Of a stretch of DNA of 64,000 nucleotides, positions 28,742-35,608 are shown piece by piece. The position numbers were made by a program, and so were the translations under genes. This DNA is from Candidatus Poribacteria bacterium. Its GTDB lineage: Bacteria; Poribacteria; WGA-4E; WGA-3G. Positions within the stretch are counted from its first letter, which is position 1. Each line of letters opens with the position of its first letter. The DNA lies in the NCBI GenBank assembly GCA_022823085.1, contig JAJDXV010000087.1:34054-98053 (forward strand), written 5' to 3'. The notes under the pieces were generated by a model. It ran no database searches. It was not told the DNA's origin and saw nothing but the letters and a program-made list of their open reading frames with translations.

Positions 28742-29116
28742 ATGTATGTTCCACGACACGGTGATATCGTGTGGATTGACTTTGAGCCTCACGCCGGACA
28801 TGAGCAGGCAAAAGAGCGTCCGGCTCTTGTACTCTCTGAAGAAATCTATAATCGTAGATTGTGGTTGGCAATTATGTGTCCAATCACGACCAGCCGGAAA
28901 CCCTACCGTGCAGATCTTGATGTTCCAATCCCACCAGGCGTAGAAATTCAAAGTAAGGACCTCACTAGAATTATTGAGCTTGATGGAGTCATTCAAGCGG
29001 ATCATATCAAAAGCCTTGATTGGTGGGAAAGACGCGCGCGGTACGCGGGGGATATGCCAGATGAAACTGTTGTTCGGGTTTTGCAAATCGTTGCTACCCT
29101 TGTGAAAATTTGGTAG
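28742..29116 (+). CDS. mazF: MazF/PemK family endoribonuclease toxin
   Basis: MYVPRHGDIVWIDFEPHAGHEQAKERPALVLS closely parallels E. coli MazF (YVPDMGDLIWVDFDPTKGSEQAGHRPAVVLS). There is an 8-nt gap after the antitoxin stop. Confidence 0.85.
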   Translation: MYVPRHGDIVWIDFEPHAGHEQAKERPALVLSEEIYNRRLWLAIMCPITTSRKPYRADLDVPIPPGVEIQSKDLTRIIELDGVIQADHIKSLDWWERRARYAGDMPDETVVRVLQIVATLVKIW

Positions 29117-29296
29117 TGTTACAAATATCCTTTTTCGTCTGCAGGATTTATACTATCATCCCAGCCGCAAAGTTAATTTTTTTAGTCTGGTGGATATGGC
29201 ACTTCTATAGAAATACATCGTCACCATACTCGGTAGATCCTTTTCCCTAACTCCACCAGATCCACACGTCATCAAAAACAATCCTAAGGAAATAAT

Positions 29297-31300
29297 ATGC
29301 CGAGCCAACACGAAACAACAATTACAAACGAATTAGTGAACATCCTACGGAACATGCGACATAAATGGGAAGTCGAAACAGCAGTTCATGCGTTCATCAA
29401 AGGTCACAGTGAGCTTGATGCACTTGTGATTGAAAGAGGTAGAGAGCCTATTGGTATAGAAGCCAAATTTGATACTGTCACTAACGCTAAAAACCTCATC
29501 AAACAAGCAGAAACACGGCTTTTCCATGAATTGGAAGCAGAATACTATACCTCCGAGAAAACCCTCAATAACGTCATGGCAATTCTGTACCCTGACCGTT
29601 TTAAAACGATGTCTGGACAAAATATCAATCCACAACTCCGCGAGGCGAACGATCTGCAGTACAAACTCGTCAGTACTCTTGGAGATACTGTCGGACACTT
29701 CCCAAAAGACGGATGGGCAATAGGGACAGTTGCAGACATCGCCAATGCGTTACACGTCGGAGCAATACCCAACTCCCAGTTGGAACAGGCAGCAGAGGAG
29801 ATGGAACTTAGCGTCAATCGGGCAGCCCATCTACTTGAAAATGCTATTACTGAACACCGTGCTATGGGGACGAAAATTGAGGCAATCCTACATCAAGAGG
29901 TCTTCGCTAAAGATGAAACAGATGAAGAGGAAAAACTCAATCTACAAACTCTTCGCATGGCAGCACTGATTATCACCGATGCCTTCGTCTTCCAGAGTTC
30001 GCTCGCTGGCAAAGAAGAAATAGAAATGACCTCCGTCCGTTCACTTCATCAACTCTTGCCTACAATTGACTACGCCGATGTTATAGCGGATTGGAGCACT
30101 ATCCTTAAAGTCAACTACCGTCCAATCTTTGAAGATGCCCGTGAGCTCGTTAAGGCTCTTGCAACAGACGATAGACTGGTTAAACATGTCTTAAAACTTC
30201 TGTGTGCGGCAGCTAAAGATCTCGTTGATACCCGCATCGCGCAAATCCATGAACTCGCAGGTATAGTTTTCCAAAAATTAATCACTGATAGGAAATACGT
30301 CAAGGCGAACTACACGCTGCCGGAAAGTGCAGTGTTGTTATCAACCCTCGTGATGCCTGAACTGCCTAAAGGCAAACTTCCGAAAGTGGCGGATTTTGCT
30401 TGTGGGACTGGAGCACTGCTCAACGGAGTATACCAACGCATACTATCCTTGTACGAACAATCTGGTGGAAACGGCAAAGATATTCATCAGCGAATGTTGG
30501 AGAAGAACATCGGGGGTGTGGACATTATGCCGAATGCGACACACCTCACCGCAGCTGCACTTGCGAGTACGTATGCAGGGGTCAAAATCGGCGGCACGCA
30601 AATCGTAACTGCACCTTACGGCGTAACCGATAATGGGAGTTACACAATCGGCTCATTGGAATTGCTTGACGATATAAAACTATTTGACACAGAGGCTGAG
30701 CAGATAGGCGGTGAGGAAAATACGGTAGTTAAACTCCAACAGACGTTCCCACACGGTGATATGGACATTGTTATACAAAATCCGCCCTTCACAAGACCGG
30801 GATCGGATAGCAATACCGATGTACCAAAATCTACTTTCCAAGGCAGTGATCGACCTAAGGAAGACCAGAAGTTGATGCAGGCTGCATTGAAATCTAAAAA
30901 TACAAGCGTAACTGATGGAACTAACGGTTTTGTTTCTGCTTTCATAGAACTTGCTGACAAAAAACTGAGAGATGGTGGTACAATGGGTTTCATTTTGCCA
31001 CTAACAGTGTTGAGATCTCCCACTACGCAGGAACTACGAGATATGTGGGCAAACGAATACCACAACGTAGTCGTGATAACCATGGCGCAGGCAAAAGCAG
31101 AAGATTGCACATTCTCTGCAGACACGACTATGGCAGAATGTATCGTCGTCGCAACGAAAGGTATAGCTGAAAATACTGGACGCGGGAAGTTTGTCTGTCT
31201 CGCTGATAAACCACATAGTCCACTTGAATCTGTTGAAATAGCAAATCAGATTAACAGAAGCAACAAAATACGAAAACTCGCTGGTGCAACTCGAGTTTAG
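29297..31300 (+). CDS. PD-(D/E)xK nuclease + gamma-class N6-adenine DNA methyltransferase fusion without a target-recognition domain (Type IIB BcgI-A-like layout)
   Basis: Nuclease signature D41...E55-A-K57 (ELDALVIERGREPIGIEAKFD). MTase motif X-like NYTLPESAVLL, motif I DFACGTGALL (nt 30392-30415), and motif IV QNPPF (nt 30779-30790). The post-catalytic block is GGTMGFILPLTVL...TFSADTTMAECIVVATKG, and the protein stops about 50 aa later. Confidence 0.8.
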   Translation: MPSQHETTITNELVNILRNMRHKWEVETAVHAFIKGHSELDALVIERGREPIGIEAKFDTVTNAKNLIKQAETRLFHELEAEYYTSEKTLNNVMAILYPDRFKTMSGQNINPQLREANDLQYKLVSTLGDTVGHFPKDGWAIGTVADIANALHVGAIPNSQLEQAAEEMELSVNRAAHLLENAITEHRAMGTKIEAILHQEVFAKDETDEEEKLNLQTLRMAALIITDAFVFQSSLAGKEEIEMTSVRSLHQLLPTIDYADVIADWSTILKVNYRPIFEDARELVKALATDDRLVKHVLKLLCAAAKDLVDTRIAQIHELAGIVFQKLITDRKYVKANYTLPESAVLLSTLVMPELPKGKLPKVADFACGTGALLNGVYQRILSLYEQSGGNGKDIHQRMLEKNIGGVDIMPNATHLTAAALASTYAGVKIGGTQIVTAPYGVTDNGSYTIGSLELLDDIKLFDTEAEQIGGEENTVVKLQQTFPHGDMDIVIQNPPFTRPGSDSNTDVPKSTFQGSDRPKEDQKLMQAALKSKNTSVTDGTNGFVSAFIELADKKLRDGGTMGFILPLTVLRSPTTQELRDMWANEYHNVVVITMAQAKAEDCTFSADTTMAECIVVATKGIAENTGRGKFVCLADKPHSPLESVEIANQINRSNKIRKLAGATRV

Positions 31301-31407
31301 GGTTGTTTTGCCACTGGGCACACAGCAGCAAACAGCAGATGGGACGCGGCACACTCCGCCGCGAAAATTCAAACAAGGTACAAAGCGATCTGCTTTTTTA
31401 GAGACAT

Positions 31408-31436
31408 TTGACACAGATATTAAAATGTGATACCCT
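31408..31436 (+). promoter_or_regulatory. possible extended -10 promoter TTGACA-N17(TGA)-TACCCT in front of the STAND gene
   Basis: -35 at 31408-31413, a TG at 31428-31429, and -10 at 31431-31436 (T1, A2 and T6 conserved). It is preceded by the stem CGCGGC-ACACTCC-GCCGCG (31345-31363) and a T6 run (31394-31399). Confidence 0.35.
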
Positions 31437-31467
31437 ATTTATATCCTAAATTTTTCGGAGATATATA

Positions 31468-34400
31468 ATGAATCGTGCCACTATTTCCACGGTTAAACCG
31501 GAACACCTTAGCGGACTTAGTCAGGCAGAAGCTGTTCTGTTTTTCAGAGATTTGCTCTGGGCGGAAGCGCGCCGACTAGGTCCAGGCACTTGTAAAATTG
31601 ACGTTCCAAACGAAATCAATGCTCCAGATGGTGGGATTGATGCTACGGTTAATGCAAGTTTATCTGTTCCACAAAGCGAAATAATTGAGCCAGGCAAAAA
31701 TGGTTACCAGATTAAATCGGGTTCTGAATTTAAACCGTGGCAAAAATCACAGATCAGGAAAGAACTCTTCGGTGGGACCAGGACACCGATGACTAAAGAG
31801 AATCTTGGCCCAAGCATTCGTGCTTGCCTTGAGGTCAGTGATACCGACGCTGTGTATGTCTTAGTCTGTACGGAAATCAACCTGAGTCGGTCACGAACGA
31901 ACCAGGCCCGATCTCACATTGAGGAATGCTTGAAACAGTGCGGTTATCAGAATCCCAAAGTCAAGATTTGGAGTCAAGACGATTTGATTAATTTTCTTCA
32001 AGAGTTCCCATTGTTAGAATTGAACCTTAGGGCTTTCCGTGCAGACAATTTCAAAATCCACCGGGATTGGTCTAAGTATCCGGATATGCAAGTTCACTTT
32101 GAGCCCGGAAGACCACAAAGCGAACTCATTGAGAAAATACAGAATGATTTACGGCAAGATGACTATCCGGTTCATGTACGGGTGTGGGGAGAACCCGGCA
32201 TCGGTAAAACAAGATTAGTTTTAGAAGCTACCGCGGAAGAAGATTTATCACCATTAGTTATCTATTGCCGTTCAGCTGTGCAGTTTAAATCCGGTGGTTT
32301 AATGAACGAAATTCGCTTCAATGAAAACCTCTTCGCCGTTGTAGTAATTGACGAATGCGATCCGAGCAGCCGATTTGATATTTGGTATGAACTTCAACAT
32401 TGTAGCCCAAGGATTAAACTAATTACTATCTATAATGACTATGAGGAAAAGTCCGGAGGTATTACTTACTATGATATGCCATCTTTAGAGCCTAAACAGA
32501 TCAGTAACATTATGATTCAAGAGTATAAAATACCTGAGGATCAGGTAGACCGATGGGCAGAACTCTGTGGTGGTTCACCGCGAGTTGCCCATGTCATTGG
32601 TCAGAACTTAGTGAATTATCCAGAAGACGTGCTCAAGATACCCAGTACAGTCGAAGTTGATATCTGGGAACGTTACATTGCTGCAGCTGATCAAGACAGC
32701 GAAAAGACGGAGCACAGGCGAGTGGTGCTTCAACATCTCGCACTTTTTAAACGTTTTGGTTATGAAAGATCTGTTGATTTTGAAGCGCAAAGTATAGCTA
32801 AAAAGGTGGAGATCGCTAATTCAGACATCACTTCGTACAAATTTGAAGAGATCATCTATGAGCTCAGAGAACGTAAAATCCTTCAAGGTGATTCTACGCT
32901 TTACATAACACCAAAGGCATTACATATTAAATTATGGACACAGTGGTGGGAAAGGCATTACAAAGGATTCAACCTTGAGAGATTCACCGAGGACTTAAAC
33001 CCCAAATTGGTTGAGTGGTTCTATGAGATGTTTAAGTATGCCGCTGAATCGGATGCAGCATCCAAAATTGTCAAAACTCTCCTTGGTCCTGATGGACCAT
33101 TTCAGGATGATGAATATCTGAAAACAAGGCTGGGTAGCCGTTTTTTTCTCGCCCTGACTGAAGCGGATCCCGAATCAGCTTTGAGATGCCTGATGCGGAC
33201 GTTAGGGAATTGGGATACAGAGACACTTTTGCAATTCACAAGCGGGCGAAGAGATGTGGTATGGGCTCTTGAAAAAATTGCCGTATGGCGTGATTTGTTT
33301 GTTGATGCCGCAAGGTTACTTCTTGCCCTTGGAGAAGCTGAGAATGAAAACTATTCAAACAATGCTAGTGGCGTATTTGCCAGTCTCTTTTCGCCGGGGC
33401 CCGGCAGAGTAGCACCGACTGAAGTGCCTCCAGCAAAACGGTTACCGGTCTTGGAAGAAGCATTTGAATCCAATTCAAAAGAACGCCGGGCACTTGCATT
33501 AAAAGCCTGCAATGCTGCATTAGAATCAGAACATTTTTCGCGAGGAATAGGGGCGGAATATCAAGGGTTACGCAATCCTCCTAAACTTTGGGAACCTAAA
33601 ACATATGATGAGCTGTGGGATACTTACCGTCAAGTGTGGCAACTTCTATCTGGACAATTACCGCGTTTGCCTCAAGATGAGTGTAAAGAGGCCGTAGAGA
33701 TTCTCTTTGAAAGGGCAGGTGCGCTTGCGAAAATCCCAGATCTAAGTGATATGGTTATAGATACGGTGATAACAATTGTCCACGAAAGGTATGTAAGTCA
33801 AAAGCAGGTCATTGAAACAATAAGCCAAATCTTGTACTATGATGACACCTATGACGACGACTTGCCAGTCGAAATTCGACAACGTTTTGAACAACTTCGA
33901 GATGAATTGGTTGGTTCTGACTTTCATTCCCTAATGCAACGATATGTTGGGATGGACCTGCTTGAAGACCAACTTGAAGCAAACAAAGATGAAAAAAATC
34001 GGGTACAACCTCATCTTGAAAAACTTGCCCGGCAAGCCTTTGAGGATCCAACACTTTTGCAAGCGGAGCTTCCATGGCTTGTAACAACTGAGGCGAAAAA
34101 TGGATACAAGTTTGGGTATGAACTTGGAAAAAGAGATAATCATTTTTCCCTTCTACCAACACTTTTGGATGCTCAACGAAACGCAATTGACAATGCAAGT
34201 GTCTATTTTCTCGGGGGTTATTTCCGAACAATTTTTGAAAACGATTTGGCAGAATGGGAAAAACAACTTGATGTACTGGTTGAAGATACGACACTAAGTG
34301 TAGTGATTTCAGATCTCACACATCGTTCCGGTTTGACAGATCGAGCAGGTTTGCGTCTTCTTAATCTCGCCCAAAGTGGTGTTATCGGTATTAATCACTT

Positions 34401-35298
34401 TGGCATTTTTGTCTACGGTAAAGCAATTGAGAGTCTATCCGAAGCAGTCTTCACAGCGTGGATTGAATTTTTGTTGAGTTTTATGGACAAATCTGCTATG
34501 TCAATTGCATTGATTCTTTACCACCGCTATTATGGTCCTCAGAGATCAAAGTTAGTTTTACCGTGTGATCTGACATTCCAGTTGCTCACGCATCCATTAC
34601 TATTTGAAGAGTCAGAAAAAAAATTGTTTAATCCAATGACTGATTACCATTGGACAGAGATTGGAAAAGTGTTTGTGCAATCCTATCCAGAGAAGAATTT
34701 AGAACTTCTAAAAATAATGCTTGCTCACTTTGGTCAAAAAGGATCAATAGTTGATAATTACTCGAAAACCTGCTCAGTATTGACAGAATTGACAAGACAG
34801 CATCCTATACAGGTTTGGAAGCATGTTAGTGAATATTTAGACGCACGAGATCATTTTTTAAGAACGTTTGCCCTTGAAAAATGGCTGAGGGAAGCAGATA
34901 TCTCTGCAACAGAAAAAGAAAAAGGAGCATTAACACTCATTCCGTCCAGAGAAATCTGGAAATGGATTGATGCTAATGTGAAAGATCGGTCACAATATGT
35001 TGCCCGTAGTCTTGTTCCTAAAACACGCTTAGTAGAAGAATGGCCAACTTCTTTGGCAAGGGAAATTCTTGTACGTTATGGCAAGCGAAAAAAGGTTCGA
35101 CAAGGTCTCATATCAAATTATTCCACAGGTGTATGGGTGGGACCTGAGAGTTTACGCTATGAGAGGAAAAAACAGCAGTTGCTCCATATTAAGAATAGCG
35201 AAGATAACAAGAATGTCCAACTCTGGATTGACGATTTCGTAGAAGTTTTGGACAAAGAGGTTGAACGCGCAAAGGTTGAAGAAGAAAGGGAGTTTTAG
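31468..35298 (+). CDS. Mrr-like nuclease + STAND P-loop NTPase + long helical-repeat C-terminus (Avs/AVAST-like antiviral NTPase architecture)
   Basis: N-terminus FFRDLLWAEARRLG...APDGGIDATV...GYQIKSG matches the Mrr catalytic pattern D-x3-D...Q-x-K (D54, D58, Q81, K83). Walker A is GEPGIGKT (nt 32188-32211) and Walker B is VVVIDECD (nt 32338-32361). A GG.P motif CGGSPRVAHVIG resembles the STAND GxP/GLPL region. About 850 aa of Leu/Glu-rich helical sequence follow. A GGAG RBS lies upstream. Confidence 0.8.
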   Translation: MNRATISTVKPEHLSGLSQAEAVLFFRDLLWAEARRLGPGTCKIDVPNEINAPDGGIDATVNASLSVPQSEIIEPGKNGYQIKSGSEFKPWQKSQIRKELFGGTRTPMTKENLGPSIRACLEVSDTDAVYVLVCTEINLSRSRTNQARSHIEECLKQCGYQNPKVKIWSQDDLINFLQEFPLLELNLRAFRADNFKIHRDWSKYPDMQVHFEPGRPQSELIEKIQNDLRQDDYPVHVRVWGEPGIGKTRLVLEATAEEDLSPLVIYCRSAVQFKSGGLMNEIRFNENLFAVVVIDECDPSSRFDIWYELQHCSPRIKLITIYNDYEEKSGGITYYDMPSLEPKQISNIMIQEYKIPEDQVDRWAELCGGSPRVAHVIGQNLVNYPEDVLKIPSTVEVDIWERYIAAADQDSEKTEHRRVVLQHLALFKRFGYERSVDFEAQSIAKKVEIANSDITSYKFEEIIYELRERKILQGDSTLYITPKALHIKLWTQWWERHYKGFNLERFTEDLNPKLVEWFYEMFKYAAESDAASKIVKTLLGPDGPFQDDEYLKTRLGSRFFLALTEADPESALRCLMRTLGNWDTETLLQFTSGRRDVVWALEKIAVWRDLFVDAARLLLALGEAENENYSNNASGVFASLFSPGPGRVAPTEVPPAKRLPVLEEAFESNSKERRALALKACNAALESEHFSRGIGAEYQGLRNPPKLWEPKTYDELWDTYRQVWQLLSGQLPRLPQDECKEAVEILFERAGALAKIPDLSDMVIDTVITIVHERYVSQKQVIETISQILYYDDTYDDDLPVEIRQRFEQLRDELVGSDFHSLMQRYVGMDLLEDQLEANKDEKNRVQPHLEKLARQAFEDPTLLQAELPWLVTTEAKNGYKFGYELGKRDNHFSLLPTLLDAQRNAIDNASVYFLGGYFRTIFENDLAEWEKQLDVLVEDTTLSVVISDLTHRSGLTDRAGLRLLNLAQSGVIGINHFGIFVYGKAIESLSEAVFTAWIEFLLSFMDKSAMSIALILYHRYYGPQRSKLVLPCDLTFQLLTHPLLFEESEKKLFNPMTDYHWTEIGKVFVQSYPEKNLELLKIMLAHFGQKGSIVDNYSKTCSVLTELTRQHPIQVWKHVSEYLDARDHFLRTFALEKWLREADISATEKEKGALTLIPSREIWKWIDANVKDRSQYVARSLVPKTRLVEEWPTSLAREILVRYGKRKKVRQGLISNYSTGVWVGPESLRYERKKQQLLHIKNSEDNKNVQLWIDDFVEVLDKEVERAKVEEEREF

Positions 35299-35368
35299 AA
35301 CCTTCGCATAAATGCTAATGTGGAGACTATGCAGACAGAGGTTTTCAATTTTCGGTTCTTTGTCGCTT

Positions 35369-35406
35369 TTATAGGAGCAGTCGCAATTCGGAGATTGCTC
35401 CTATAA
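35369..35406. repeat. 11-bp inverted repeat TTATAGGAGCA / TGCTCCTATAA with a 16-nt loop, downstream of the STAND gene
   Basis: The arms are 35369-35379 and 35396-35406. There is no T-run, so it is not a classical terminator. Confidence 0.7.
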
Positions 35407-35538
35407 GGGAGATATGGAATATCAAACATTGTTCCTATAAGATTCAAGATATGTCAAATACAATTCGCCTTTTCTCATCCGCATAATCCGTGATAATCTG
35501 CGATTCAGGGAAAAGAAACCGCACCTACCGTTATTAGG

Positions 35539-35564
35539 AAAAGGCGAGGTTACAAACCTCGCCT
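35539..35564 (-). terminator. rho-independent terminator of 35609-37603
   Basis: On the minus strand, AGGCGAGG-TTTGTAA-CCTCGCCT is followed by TTTT. Confidence 0.6.
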
Positions 35565-35608
35565 GAAGGAACGAAAAACGGTTCGAGCCGAAAGCCATTT
35601 GCCGATAA

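Noticed and set aside
28619-29086. 155-aa minus-strand ORF overlapping mazF.
   Set aside because: It is antisense to a textbook MazF sequence, with no motifs and no RBS.
31034-31414. 126-aa minus-strand ORF spanning the end of the MTase gene and the A-B spacer.
   Set aside because: It overlaps the conserved MTase C-terminus in antisense. It is Cys/Phe-rich with no recognisable features.
33809-34294. 161-aa minus-strand ORF (and several 60-70-aa ORFs) inside the STAND gene.
   Set aside because: These are shadow ORFs in an AT-rich gene. The plus frame is continuous over 3.8 kb.
27785-35608. Calling the island an integrative element or prophage remnant.
   Set aside because: I found no integrase, transposase, tRNA or matching direct repeats at the two borders by eye. 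Only palindromes are present. The mechanism of acquisition is left open.
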